From Pseudovirgaria hyperparasitica (lineage: Eukaryota): a stretch of DNA of 63,724 bases. Positions 13,401 through 27,705 of the stretch are shown one piece after another. Each line of letters starts with the position of its first letter. Position 1 is the first letter of the stretch. A program made the position numbers and the translations under genes. The DNA lies in assembly GCA_010093815.1 (NCBI GenBank), contig ML996565.1; one strand, 5' to 3'. The notes below the pieces were generated by a model. The model was given only the letters and a program-made list of their open reading frames with translations. It had not been told where the DNA came from and ran no database searches.

Positions 13401-15543
13401 GTACGCGCGTTAAGTGGTGCTACTAGCCGGGAGAAATACTTAACGAATTTTCGGTAGTAATTAGCGAATCCGATAAAGATACGTATATCTTAAACTAATT
13501 TTAGTTTAGGCTAGTCTATAATAGTAGCGACCCTATCCCTTTCTATGGTTATACCTTAATTAGTAATAACGAAGCTAAGGAAGTTAACGTGGTTCTAGTG
13601 GAACTCGTATTTAGATAGCTTAATATATAGCTTATGTTTTTCTAGTCTATCTAGGACTACGTATACGTGCTAGATGTGTTCTTCTTTATTATTAGAGAAG
13701 ATAAGAATATTATCAAGGTATACAATACACGTCATGTCAAGTAGACCTACTAGCACGTTATTAATATACGCTTAGAAGGTTCCTAGCGCGTTAGTTAGTC
13801 TAAAAGGGACTACTATATACTCGAAGTGTCTATAACGGGTCCTAAACGCCGTTTTCTACTTATCGCCCTTCTTAATATGTAGGCGGTAGTAGACGTCGTA
13901 TAGATCGAGCTTAGTAAAGATCTTTACGCGCCCTAGTCTACTAATAGACTCGGAGATAAGAGGTAGTAGGTAACGATTCTTTCGTGTAATATTATTCAGG
14001 CTACGGTAGTTAATACATAGATAGAGACTTCTATCCTTCTTCTTTATAAAGAGGATTAGAGCTCTAGCTAGAGATATACTAGGTCTAATCTATTCTCGCG
14101 TAAGGTTCTTTTCGATGTATTCTTAGAGGACCTATAGCTCGGGTTCTAATAGAGGGTAGATAGGTCCGTATAGAGGTTATTAACCGTCTTCGAGGTTAAT
14201 AGTAAGGTTAGTAGATTAGTATTAAGGTAATTCGGACGAGTCGATCGCTGACACGACATGTTAGTATATTTTATACTAATATAGTAGGTTTTTATCTACT
14301 TTAATACTAAGCTCTCTATTTTAAGTAAGTAAGAGGATGTAGATAGCGGAGATTACCTTTTCGTAGTTCTTCTAGAATTATTCGTCGTCGACTAGCTATA
14401 CTAGGTTCTATTATAGTAGGTATATACGCTAGCCAGCTATTTTCTAGATAAAGTCTAGTTTCGGGTTATATTTTTCGAGCTACGGCATACTAAGAATTAT
14501 AATAAAGGGACTATCTACCACGATAAAGGTTAAGTAGTAGAGTTTCTACTTCCCCCCGCTATCCTAGATACTATATTTAATAGTATAGATACCCTACGAT
14601 TTAATAGGACTATCGATACCATAGAAGGTAGTATCTATTAGTACTTAAATATCGACGTTAAGTTCTCGTACTCGTTAAGTTAATATAACGTTAGTAGCTA
14701 AACCGCTATCGAGCATTACGGTCTAATGTTATCCATAAGGGACCTTAATAGGCCTAGCCTATAGTTCGATATACTAGTTGGCTGGTTATCCCTCTATTTT
14801 AGTTATATCTATAAGTCGCGAGGGTTCCTTATAGGTAGTTAGTTTTTTATATCGTATACCGGGTAGTTAGGCGCGATATGTCCTAGCTACTAGCACTTAT
14901 AGTATGTAACTAACTTAGTATCTATATTAGTATTTAGTGGTTTCTCTAAGCGGTACTCGGGTGCTATATAGTCTATTCTACTATAGGTATAGTAGGTGAC
15001 TTTAGGTCGTTTATATAAGTCGTTTCTCGCGTCTCGATATATCGACTAGTAGAAAGATCTATAGTATAGGCCTTGTCTTCTCGAGTTCGTAGAGTAGTAG
15101 CGCCTATAAGGTGTTCCGCGCGATCTATTACTAAACCGATCCTCTTTAGACGATTTCGTATTAAATTAGATTAATAGAGATAGTCATGTATCTATACGAC
15201 GTTAGTTATTTATTATACGCTAATATTATTCTATGAGATTCGCGAGTACCTAAAGGTCGGTAGAGATAGATATTATAAGGTTAATACGTTCCTTTATACT
15301 CGGGTTAAGGAATCTTTTAAAGTCGTCGTATTATTAAACTATACGATCTTTCTTAGCTTCTCTCTAAAGAGGTCGGAGATATTTAAGGAGTTATAACGGG
15401 GATTATCTCTCTCGCTATTAAGTCTTAAAGATATAGCTCTAAGCCTATTCGCGTCGCTCGGCTCTATCGCTAAAGTATTAAAGAAGGAATTCGGTAAACG
15501 TGTCCTAGTTATACGCATCCTTAGGGTGTTTAATTTAATATAC

Positions 15544-15915
15544 TATGGAAGGCCGCTCCTGCAGCCCCACATGTATATGTCCCTAGCTCGATTACATGGC
15601 TTTATTGTATATTTAAGGAGGGTGTTTTCCTTGGTCATTCTACTCGGCGCGCTTCCCCCATCACTAATATTCGACTATTCGACCTTTCCTTACGTTTATG
15701 GGCCTCTATAGGTATTGATTATTAGGCTTAGCTATTAAAGAATTGATTAAGAGTATTATATAGACCCGTTCTATTATAAAAGAGAACTAATAAGAAGTCG
15801 TGCGTTCAAAGAGAACTTATAATACCTAGGAGAGATACTTGTGAGTTCGTCGCGACTACTATACTAGAAACATAGCTATTTATAAAAGGGACACACGTGG
15901 CAATAGCTTACCATA
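15544..15915 (+). repeat. 5' LTR of element B
   Basis: Direct repeat of 26611-26982. Confidence 0.95.
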
Positions 15916-16371
15916 ATTTTAGAGGTCGTACCTAGACTATAAACTTATAGAGGGAGATTAGGACTCCGAAACTAGCTTAGAGGAAGTATATGGCGTGCCT
16001 AATAAGATAGTCTAGACTTACTAGATCGAAGCCACGAGTCTAGAAAACAGGGAGTCCGGAGTCGCTAGGGGCTAGCCTCTTAAAAGTAGCTATAAAAAGT
16101 ATACGCATACTAACACGGGTGATAGCACGACTCAAAAATATCTTAGGGGAATAGAATATAAAATAGGGCCAGATAAAGTAGTAAAGAAGAGTTCAAAAAC
16201 GATAAATATAACCTATTTAGTACTACCATAGCTGTTATTTATAAACACGGCCACACGAGTATACTACTTTAGAAACGCCTTACACGAAGATAATAATATA
16301 AGTAGAATACCGTGAACCTTATATCGATAAAGACGATAGTAATAGTTTACCTTATAAAGGGATTAGTTAAC

Positions 16372-19300
16372 ATGGAGAAGGGATAATAGGTGTTATAGGT
16401 AGACGTATTAGGCTAACCTTTAGTTAAGGTAATCCCTTAACTAATAACCTTACCCCTAGCGTCTCTACTAGCACACCTACTACTAGTAATAGTGCGATAG
16501 GAGCTTAAAATAACAACCTAGTAACTCGTAGAGAGATGCTTAACTTCTTCGTAGTATTTACGCGATAAGGAAGGATAGTACCTCTATCTACCCTAGCCCC
16601 TAAGCGCTTTAAAGGAATAAATATTACGGCCTTCCTTCGGAAGTACGAGGACATATATATAAACTACGAAGTTCCGCCTAATAAGAAGATAACCTCCCTA
16701 CCGTTATACTACGAGGACTATCTCCGTCCTACTATTAAAGGAATAAGTAGGTTTTAGAAATAGTAGTAGGCCACGCTACGTGAAGAATTATTAAAGGAAT
16801 TCTCTCTATTTAACTCTACCCTCGAGGAAGGTACCATCCACTTTATCCGAAAATACGTGGAAATGGTTAAAGTAGACCCATTCTACTCTCTCCCTATATA
16901 CTACTCCTGGTATTATATTATTACGGAGAAACTTACGGCTAAAGGAAGCCTAAGCTCGTATTCGCGAATAGAGCTCTTTCTAGAAGGGCTATCTAATAGT
17001 CTTAAGGCTCGGGCTATAGAGAAATGTTAACTCACGATAGAAGCACATAGTTACGACTAGGTAATTATCTATGGCTTTATATTACGAAAGGCTAGAGCAC
17101 TTAAGAAACTAGCTCGTATTAATAAGTACTTAGCCGCACAAGAGCTAGCTATAGCCATATACTATAAATTAAAGATAGGGAGTAAGAAGACCGGCTTAGA
17201 AGAGTAGTTATATAAAGAAAGAAGAACTAATAAATTTAACCATCTCTCTCTAGTCGTAGTACACGTCGCGCTAGAATCGGATAAGTTTAACGAGATAGTA
17301 GAGAGATTTAGTAAACTAGACCTTACGTTAATTAAGATAAAGTCCTACTTTACCTCTAATCTCTTATTCCCATCCCTTAAGAAGTACGAACCTAAGCTAC
17401 TTTCGGCTATTATTAACTAGTAGACGCGAAGGCTAAATCTTTTAGTATATCTCTAAGTATAAGGCATGCCTATAGAACTAACGCAAGTTTATCCATAGAA
17501 TTATATATAGAATAGAGAATACGTCTCTACCCGAGACTCCTAAGGAGACGTTATAGCCTAGGATAGGCCTCGAAGACCGATTATATATATCACGTATAGA
17601 GGAGATTACCTAATATATAGATGTGTAGAGATAGTAGGATACATTAGAGACGAATTACTAAATATTAACGGGGTACGAGTGTTCCGAGGGCGTTTCAGGG
17701 CGAACGGAGAAGAAATCCCATTACTATCCTCCTTAGTAGGGCTATAAGCTACTCTATAAGCTATCCGGAACTACGTAGTAATGGTTTAAAACGGCCTAAG
17801 CTAGTACGGAGGAGGAGTAAAGGTTTCTACGTCTATAGTAAACATTAACGCTTTATAGGGAGTGCCGGTATATAGTATTAGTATAAAACCTATAAAGGGT
17901 CCCTACTAGGCCTCGGCGGATAGTAATTCGGAAGAAGAAGTCATGTCGCCCGAGAGTAAGAAAGATAGATATATAGAATTCCACGAACGCTTCGACGTGG
18001 CTAGTAATAGATATATCCGCGAGGAGATAGCCCTAGAAGAGCCCGCTATACTCGTAATATCTAGAAGAGGGATCACGAAGAGTACACCTAATTATACTAA
18101 GGAAAGAAAGATCGCCTATCTCTACGGAATGCGTGAAGGGTAGTACGTAAGGATTATTAAGGAATAGAAGGACGGTAAGAAGAGTAGCGACTAGAAAACG
18201 TCTAAATAAGAGCCAACGGCGCTAGAGGATAAGATAGATAAAGGGGATAGCCTAAATCCTAGTTAAAAGGCACGTATCTAAGGCGTTAAGCTTAATAACT
18301 ATCTATGCGAAGGATAGCGGCTAAGCATAGAAGCTAGCGAAGCATAGCTAGTACGCGTTCTAGGGATAACTATAAACATTACTATTAGCGAACTATTAAG
18401 TCTTAATAGCGACTTATGTCGTGCGGTATTTAAGAAGGGCGCCCCCGACTTTATAGCTAGAGAGGTCTATAAGACTTAAGAAGAGAGAGCCGAGAAGAAA
18501 GGAAGAAACGACTATATAATGGCTCCCGAGATAAATAAACTTAATATATTAGCACCCCTCTATGCCACGGGGACGGCCATTATATAATAAGATATTAATT
18601 AGCTTAAGGAAGGGATAGTAAGGCTAGTAGCCGAGTGTCTAAGGTACCCCGTGGAAGTTAGTCCTAAAAGAGCGACTAGTATAGTACTATTCGATAGTAG
18701 CGCATAGGTAAATAGTATTCGACTAGATGCTATAAGGCGTCTTAGGCTAGCGATATCTTCGCTTCTACTATATATAAAGAACTCGAGTTTAGTTAGCGCT
18801 ACTTAGTATAGTACTCCATTCGTGGGAATAGTATAGTAATACCCTATCCGCATAGGTCGGATCGTTACGGCTACTTCGATATTCGTATATAGCGAACTTA
18901 ATTATAACCTTATCCTAGGGGAGCTATATACTAGACAGGCCTTACTTACGGTGTAGAGGTTAGCCTCCGGGTAAGTACTCTTAATAGTCTACTCCGTATA
19001 TAGATAAGAACGTATAACCTTCGAAACTAGTCCGGACGAGTATATTCTAGTCTTAGAGAAGGAGAGTAACTCCGTGGCTAGAGACTAACTATATAGTAGA
19101 GTATATCGCCGGAAGCTAGAGTTAAGCCGGATTATTAGTTAAGGGCTACCCTTAACTAATAATCCGCACTAAATGGGGTCTAGTAAACCTACTAACGAAG
19201 GGGATAGGCTATATTTTTATACGGATATAGAAATAAGTTATATAGAGTTACTTTCCGAGAAAATCCGGCCTAAAAATATTACTTGGTTATCGAGAAAAGA

Positions 19301-22300
19301 TAACTTAGCCGCCCTAGTTACGGCGGTAAGGTACGCTACCTTCGTATATAAATAAGGCACGATAATAGAACGGCTTATAGTAGGCTCTACCGGCCTCTAA
19401 AGACGGTATTTATCCGGGGTATTAAAGGGATTTAGTATAGCCATCATATATAAAAGAAAGGGAGTTAAAGTACACCCCGTAGATAACTCCGAAGCCCACC
19501 AAAAGGTTTCTAGGAATCTATTAGAGTATCTAGACTAGCGTAAACGAGTAATCGCATAGTAGGCACTTCTTCTAGCCGTCCACCTAGGCCTTAACGCGTT
19601 TAATAGGCTAATAGAGTCTCGAAGGGTAACTATCCCGCTAGGAACACGTCTAACGCCTCTACGTATAAGTTAGCTAAAGATTAGAATAGAGCTACGTCCT
19701 ACGGAACTCAAGTTACTATATATAATCTTATTATATCGCGAGGAAGTACTAGCATGGAAATTCTTATACCTTAGTAAATTTAACGAAGAGGTAGTACCTC
19801 CGTAGGAGATCCGAACGGTAGAATATAAGATATAGTAGGCTAAGAACTTTAATATTCCTAGAGCCCTTTATAGAAAGGTACTTATAATTCTAAAAGAGCG
19901 TCTTAATAGCGGAAGGCTCGAGCCCTATAGTAGTCCTTATTAAAACGCCTATTTTCTCGTGGAAAAGAAGAAGGAAGCTAATAAGGAACGAGATTATAGG
20001 TTAATTAATTCGGCGATAGAAATCAACCGAGTTACCATTCGTGATGCGGCCACGCCGCCCTCGTGTAAAGAGTTCTCGGAGCACTTTACGGGGATAGCCG
20101 TCTTAATATTTACCAACTTCTTCTTAGAATACAATTAGATTCCATTAGTAGAGTATTACCGAGACTTAACGGGGTTTATAACGCCCCTAGAATTACTACG
20201 TAGGATAATATTACCTTAAGGGGCTACTAATTTAGTAGCTTAGTTTATTAGAATTATATTAACTATTATATAAGAATATATCCCGGAGAGGGCTCTGCCA
20301 TTCCTAGATAACTTAGACATTAAAGGACCTATAACGAAATATAACTCTAAGGAGGCCCTGCCTAGAATTCGTAGATATATCCTAGAACATTTAATTAACG
20401 TGGATAAGGTTCTCGTAGATATAGAGTGCGCCGGATACGCCCTAAGTAGCAAGAAGACTTAGTGGTATATTAAAGCCGCTAACGTTATAGAATACGTCTA
20501 CGACATTAAAGGGAGGCGACTAAGTAATAAAAAGGTTACTACTATTAGGGACTAGAAACCCTATAAAAACACGACGAATATACGAGCCTTCCTTAGCGTT
20601 TATATATATTTCTAGATATGGATCCCTAGGTACACTATTATCGTATCGCCGCTATTTATACTATTAAAGAATAAATCGGCCTAGTAGTAGATAGCTAAGG
20701 AGTAGACCTCGATGGACGCGCTAAAGATAGCTCTAACTACTACTCCCGCACTAATAACGTTATAGTATAGAATAGGTATAGAAGATATAATTCTAGTAGT
20801 AGACTCTAGTAACGTTAGGTAGGGAGCTACGTTAATATAGGAGAACGAGAATCGTAAATGTTAGCTATCGCGGTATAATAGAGGAATATAGTTAAAAGCT
20901 AAGAGAAACTACGACACCGTGAAGCTAGAGTACTAAGCCCTTCTCCACGCGTTATAGAAGTTCCGGTAATACCTCTATAGTATATACTTTATTATAGAAA
21001 TAGACACGAATACTCTAGTCGCTTAAATTAACTATACCGTAACTAACTTACTAGGGGCGCTTATTACTAGGTGGCTCGCGTGGATTTAGCTATAGAACTT
21101 TATAGTTAGGCACGTACCTAGGAAGCGTAACGTAGTCGCCGATGGTATCTTACGGATATACGAAGGAGAAGAACTACTAGACGTCTCTACCTTTAACCTA
21201 GACGAGTTCGTGGACATGGCTCTATATATAGACGTGCTAGAGACGTCGTTAATCAAGCCCGTTAGCGGGAGAGATTATATAATAGGGATACTTAACTATG
21301 CCGCTATTAAGTCTCCCTTAATAGATAAATATAGCGATAAATAGTAGAGGATTATGAAATACCTTACTATACTTAAGAGGCTAACCGACCTAACTAACCG
21401 AGCGTATAAGGCCTTTATAACCGACTATCTAAAGTTTCTTATGCGTGACCGAATACTCTAGTAGAGAGGAGATAGGCATCGCTAACATATACGAGTAATT
21501 AAGGATCCGAATACTAGGGCGCGTATAATTACTACCACTTATAATGAGATAGATTATAGAGGTAGCGAAGGGACCCTCGGAAGGATTAAGGATAAGTATT
21601 AGTAGATAGGTATATATAGAGACGTGCGATAGCATGTAAAAACCTATAACGAATATTAACGACGAAGTAAACTCCTCGAAGGTCTTAATAAAGGGCTCTA
21701 CCACGTTATAACGTCTATTCTTTAGTAAAGAATATACTTAGACGTAACGACGCTACCACCTTCTATAGGGTATAGTAAAGTGGTATCTATACGAGAATAG
21801 CTAAGCGGATAGACTAAGGCGGAGGCATGTACGGCGGCCACGTCTATAGTTATTATAAAGTTCCTCTTTAAGAACGTAATCTATAGATATAGAATCATTC
21901 CTAAAATTACCTATAATGGTAGTAGAGAAAATATAGGTGCCATAGAGGAGCTCCTCCGACTCTATAGAATTTATTAGAAGGTTACGTCTATATATAATCC
22001 CCGAGTAAATAGGATTATTAAGAGAAGTTTTATACTACTCGCTAATGCTCTCGCGAAGATAACTAATGGCGGATTTAAGAACTAGCCCGGCCACCTCCAT
22101 GCGGTCGTCTAGGTAGATAGAATAATAATACGTGCTAGTATAGGGTATAGTACCGTATACCTCGTGCTTAGCCATAAACCAATCATGCCTATCGAAGTCG
22201 AATTCGAGTTACTCTAAATGCTCCCTTAGGACGAGGTATAATCGACGTCCGACTTACTCGCTCTTCGAGCTAGATAACTTAAGAGAAGATCCGAGGATCT

Positions 22301-22790
22301 TAAGAAGGTCTATATCCACGTAATATAAACGCGTAAGGAATCGAGAGAGGCATAGAATAACGACCATTACCTTCGTTAAGAGTCGTTACTAGTTAATACG
22401 ATTGTCCTTCTATACGACTCGTAGCGATAGAAGGATATAGGGCGGAAGCTAAGGTAGTATTAGAGGGGGCTATATAGAATCTAGTCCATGTTTAATTATA
22501 CTTATAAGCTCGCGGAGCTTAATAGAGCCATGCTTAGAGGGACGTTTCCTAGCTATAGGTTAAAGAAATATTTTATAAGAAATATAAGTAACGAGAGTCA
22601 CGATAAGCCCTCGCGACCACCAATCGGAAGAATTACTAAGGAAAATAAGGAGAGTAGCGATAAGGAAAACTATTATAAATAACTTACGGAACACCTCGAC
22701 GACGCCACACGAACCCGGGTGGAAGTAGTAATTCCTACTCTATAAGACTTTAATAGAGAAGAATATTTACGTTTCCCTAGAATTAACATC
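16372..22790 (+). pseudogene. gag/protease/RT/RNase H/integrase of element B (RIP-degenerate)
   Basis: Protease-like LFDS[S/G]A*VN ~18690, RT ~19800-20600, RNase H ~20790-21150 (HVP[R/G]KRNVVADG), integrase ~21540-22500. Ends are approximate. Confidence 0.85.
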
Positions 22791-23478
22791 TTCTTCTAGG
22801 GGATAGAAGTTTTTTTAAGGAGGGAAGGGATACTTATAAAAGTAGTCTTATAACGATAAACTCTATCATCGAAAAAGGACGATAAACTCTATCATTAAAA
22901 GAGGATGATAAACCCTATTATTACTATAAAATAATAAAACTTATTATTAAAGTAAGTAATGCTCGAAAGAAGACATAATGGCGTTTACGCGAATTCCACC
23001 TACTATATATTAAAGCCGGTCGTGTAATCGAAGCCTACCTATCGAAGGCCTATTTCGTTACTATAGAACGGGCCCCGTTAGAAACTAATAAGGAAGAAAA
23101 GAAGGAGGAGGTATAGGAGAAAAAGATACTTATAGAAAGTCTCATAAGGATAAGAATATACCTAGTATCTATTCATTTATAGATTCCGCTATATACCCGG
23201 TAGATACATTTATTCATAGATTTCCTATATACCTAGTATATATTCATTCATAGATTCGACACGTATACGGGCCTACGGCCGTTAGTAAGAATCATTTATA
23301 AAAATCACCATATACCCGGCATTCGAGGAGGTATAAAAAGAGAACTTAAGATAGTATATAACTCTTCTCTCTTATACCTCTCTATACCTCCTTAATTAAT
23401 AAAACCTCCTCCTCTACTTCCGCCTCGCTTAACTACCTCTTCTTAGAATGTAACTCGCCGATAGAACCGATAATAATA

Positions 23479-26410
23479 ATAGCCCCGCCGAAAAAGAAAA
23501 CGTCTACCCATAAAGAGTTATAAGATCGTTAAGCACTAATAAGATAGACGCGGTCCTAGTTAAGAGTTATAAGTACTAAAGTAGGGCTATCGACGGCTAT
23601 CGTGGTATTAAGACCATCTACTACTCCGTACAGATAGGCTATAGAAGCTACGGAAGTAAATAAGTCTACCATTAACCGAATTATCGCTATCTAGGACCCG
23701 TAAGAGCGATAGGACTATATTCTAGACACGTTTAATAATCTCCTCTATATTACTAGCCTCATAGAATAGCTCTTAAGTAGTATAGTTAACCTCTTCTAGG
23801 AAGTAGGAGCCGTAATAGAGTATAGTAAGGTAAAGATTAACTCCTCTATTCCGAAAGAAGTCCACGAGATAATTCGTCGTGGAAGAGATACTAACTCCCG
23901 CATCCTAAAAGCTAAAAATATAATCCTATAAAACTAGCGAAAAGACCTCCCTAATAACGACGGCTAGTTACTCTAATCCGCCCTCGGATAGCTCTAGTAA
24001 ACATAGAACTTCATGGAAAAGCTAGTAGCGCTCTCACGAATACGGACATGGGCGAGAGCGAGGAACTAGTTAAACGTATCCCTATAGTCCCGAATCGGCC
24101 AGGGATAGAAGGGAAGAGGAATTAAGGCATATCTTTAGAGCTCTAATATTAATGCCGCTCTAGCTAGTAATAGTAATAAGGACGGTCTATCTCTCTAGTA
24201 ACTCTCGAACTACCCTAGCTAATAAAATAAACTAACGTTCTATAATAAGACGGGACTTATTATCCCCGCTAGTTAATAGTCACGGATAAGTAGAATAGTT
24301 TATAGGCCCGTCGAATACTACCTATAAATTAAAGAGATAAGTATATCGCCTCCGCCTTAGACCTTACCGTCGCTAAAACTAGCGTAGGTAATACCTACGG
24401 TAAAGTCCCCTCTACGAAGCACGCCTTCTAGTTTAGTAGTACGTCGTCTCTTCGAAGCTAGTCGTCCGTTCGAAGTAAGTATTCCTTCTACTACTACTAG
24501 TATACGTCCCTTACCGGGCCATACGAGAACCTCTTTAGTATCTATTATAGCTATACCGATAAAACCTACTCGCGGACGTGCCTTATCTACCGGCCCTTAG
24601 TAATTACCAGGGGCGCCTACATGATAATCCCCGGTTGTTCTTAGTTCGTACTCTAAGATAATAGCATTGGTCGAGGAAGAGAATAAGCCTAAGAAGTATT
24701 AATACGCGCCTTTAGTAACGAAGACTTTTAAGGTAGCTATATTATTAAAGAAGAATTTCACGAGCATTAAGGGAATGGCCCTACTAGTACGCTAGAAAGT
24801 GTAGATAGGTAATATAGCTATTCCGTATAAAGTCTACTATAAGTATTACTAAGACGTGGCTAGAAAGAATAATATACTCGTTAGCGTGTCCTACTTAAAC
24901 CTAGTAGCGAGACTTAAAATAGTATATAAGTTTAGAGATAACGTAGGGGCCCTTAAAGTTTATAAGGACCGCTATACCTAGTTCACGAAGTACACGCGGC
25001 CACCTTATCCAATAGAGGTATTAGGTATCTATCATTACTAGGCCCTAGAGACCCCGAAGCAAGTTATTAATATTAAAACCATCCTTACTAGTATCGTATT
25101 TATAATTTAGAAGGAGGACGGTAGAATAGATAGGTAACTCTTCGACGAGTAGGAACGTACTAGAAGTATTAATATTAAAGGGCTCTTTAAGCCACTTAAA
25201 AAGACGACCTCTATACTTAATAAGAGTATCCTAGAACTCGCGAGGGATGAATTTAATATATATAAGTACCACCAGCGCATGTTTAATAAGAAATTAAACT
25301 ACGGCTGGCTACGAACTACATACTACTCCTATATCTAATAGTTTATTAGGTAATATCTACTTTACTAGCTCACCTATATCGCTCTTCGGCCCGATCTTAA
25401 CTACTATCTAATCTCGTACTCGTACTATGCGAAGTCCTAGGATAGGGGCGATAAGACGGGTTTCAAGCATCTTAATAACGCCATTAATCAAATCCTCGAT
25501 CCTAGTGATAGACACGGGTTTAATATAATCTAGGGAAGTATTAGTCTCGACGACGAACGAAGTAACGACTATACTATAATCGTTCCCCGCTCCTATAAGT
25601 TCTTAAACGAATAGTAGTCGAAGGCTAAGCTCCGCGAGGGGGTCAATCGAAATAGTATAATCACGGCTATTAATGATAAGATCTATAATACGGACGATAA
25701 GAAACGATTTAGTCCCTTCGTCCTAGTCCCCTACTAGTCCCTTAAAGTACGTATCTCTAGCCCACTAATAATACACGGCGTCTAGGGTCCCGCAAAGGGT
25801 GGAAGACGTACGATACTTCCATGGTATATCACGATTGGCCCTAATTATATAATAATGGAAGTGCCTAAAATAGGTACATGGGAATAACTCGTAGTAGCTC
25901 ATAGGAATTTAACTCCGGGACCCACGTCTCCGTTAGGATTTTCTAATAAATATAGCGCGATTCCTTTTGCCTTCCTAGCCGTAGTTTAACTTCCGAGTTT
26001 TAACGCCGTTAGTAACGCATTAGTCGGCTATAAAAGATGGGATAGCTAGAAGGTAAAAGAAGAGGCAGCTGCGTAGCTTAACGCAAGTCCTTAACAACTT
26101 AAAGCCAAGGTAGACGCCTGGTTTAAGGAGGGCTCAAGGGTATTCATGGAGACCTTTAAGAAAATAGTAAGGTAGGAAAGGCTAGTCTATGGGGATAGGT
26201 CGTTCTAGAAGGAATTTAATAAGGCGCGCGCCGCCAAGCGGCCAATTAATTTTAAGAAATTCGAGTCTAACGCGGGCCTAGATAACGTTAAAGAGAACTT
26301 CTATAGATAGAAGAGGCCTAACGAACTATCCGATAAGGAGGAATCTAACCTCTCTAAGATAAGCGACACGATTCTTTAGAAGCTAGCTCGCGACCTTAAG
26401 TACTAAGATT
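23479..26410 (+). pseudogene. Retrotransposon-borne ~977-codon ORF with a C-terminal 2OG-Fe(II) dioxygenase (PhyH-like DSBH) domain
   Basis: One frame from an ATA (likely RIP'd ATG; APPKKK) in which the stops I checked are TAA/TAG. Motifs: TGFKHL[N/D] (H-x-D, 25468-25476), I[Q]GSISLDDE, IIVPRS[Y/H]K, VRISSPLIIHG (His 25774) and RRTILPW. Confidence 0.7.
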
Positions 26411-26610
26411 AGGCGCCTAAAAACCTACCTAATTATTAGTTAAGGGCTGCCCTTAACTAATAATCCGGGCTAAGGTTTACCCGCACCGAGAGGTTTACTA
26501 GGGGCGCATTTTATTTATATTAAGGTCTTTCTTTTAGGCGTTCTTCACACGGTTTCTCATACGGTTACTATACTACTAAGGGTAGTAGTTCTATAGGCCG
26601 GGGAGGTATA

Positions 26611-26982
26611 TATGGAAGGCCGCTCCTATAGCCCTACATATATATATCCCTAGCTCGATTACATAGCTTCATTATATATTTAAGGAGAGCGTTTTCCTTG
26701 GTCATTCTACTTGGCGCGCTTCCCCCATTACTAATATTCGACTATTCGACCTTTCCTTACGTTCATAGGCCTCTATAGGTATTAATTATTAGGCTTAGCT
26801 ATTAAAGAATTGATTAAGAGTATTATATAGACCCGTCCTATCGTAAAAGAGAACTAATAAGAAGTCGTACGTTTAAAGAGAACTCATAATACCTAGGAGA
26901 GATACTTATGAGTTCGTCGCGACTACTATACTAGGAATACAGCCATTTACAAAAGGGATATACGTAGCGATGGCTCACCATA
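26611..26982 (+). repeat. 3' LTR of element B
   Basis: Direct repeat of 15544-15915, preceded by the purine tract GGGGAGG. Confidence 0.95.
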
Positions 26983-27705
26983 ATACCATCTAACGTTTAG
27001 ATGGTATTAGGTCTAGGTAGTTCTATACAAACCTAATCTTATTACTATCGTTCGTGAATAGGTGGAAGAATCGGCTATACTAGTAAGCCTATTTATAAAA
27101 GCTCCTCCTGGTTTTACCGTCAAAGTAAGGTAGTTTCTTAGACTAAGGTAACTAGAATAGTAATAGACTTAGTTAGACTATTTCGGCTTAAGTTAGTCTA
27201 TATTAGTATAGGTTAGTTACTACTAGTACTAAAGCGCGTAGTACGGCTTCGAGTCTAGCGGTTCGTCCTTACACTTCGTTAAGTTTATAAAGTTACTACT
27301 TAAGCTAAGTCTAATACTATCTCTCCGCGTGTAGCTTAGTATATATATTATCGTAAGGCGTAGTTAACGTTAGTTAGTTCTAACGAATTAATTCGTTAAC
27401 GTTAATAGGGTCTAGTCTTATAGTAAGGATGGGTCTAGTATAGTATGAACTAGACCGCGATAGAGTATAATAGACTCCTTTCTTATTATCTAGGTAATCT
27501 TCCACGGTTATACGGAATACCGTACTAGTTATTAGTACGATAGCCTATAGGGTATACTTATCGGTAGAGGTGGTCGTAGGGAGACTATTCTCTTCGTTTA
27601 GATTTAGAGAGAGTCTCTCGTGTAAGGTAGTACCACGGGTATTATAGCGCGTAGTAGGAGCTATCTCTATAAGCTACCGTCGTGCTATATAGAGAGGAAT
27701 TAAAA

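Larger units (their letters stand above)
15544..26982 (+). mobile_element. 11.4-kb Ty3/Gypsy LTR retrotransposon 'B' (Ylt1-like RT) with an extra 3' ORF, nested in gag of A
   Basis: 372-bp LTRs at 15544-15915 and 26611-26982. The 4-bp TSD ATAC matches the single ATGC at the empty site in element D (~62519). RT reads PFLD[N/D]L[D/G]IKGP..ALP[R/G]IRRYILEHL, with RNase H and integrase downstream. Confidence 0.93.
10830..27664 (-). pseudogene. gag-pol of element A, interrupted in gag by element B
   Basis: CCHC knuckle remnant ~14880-14910, RT motifs, integrase and chromodomain DVFEVDYI..YRIR[W]KDY..EDT[W]KP. Aligns with element D. The pol end is approximate. Confidence 0.85.
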
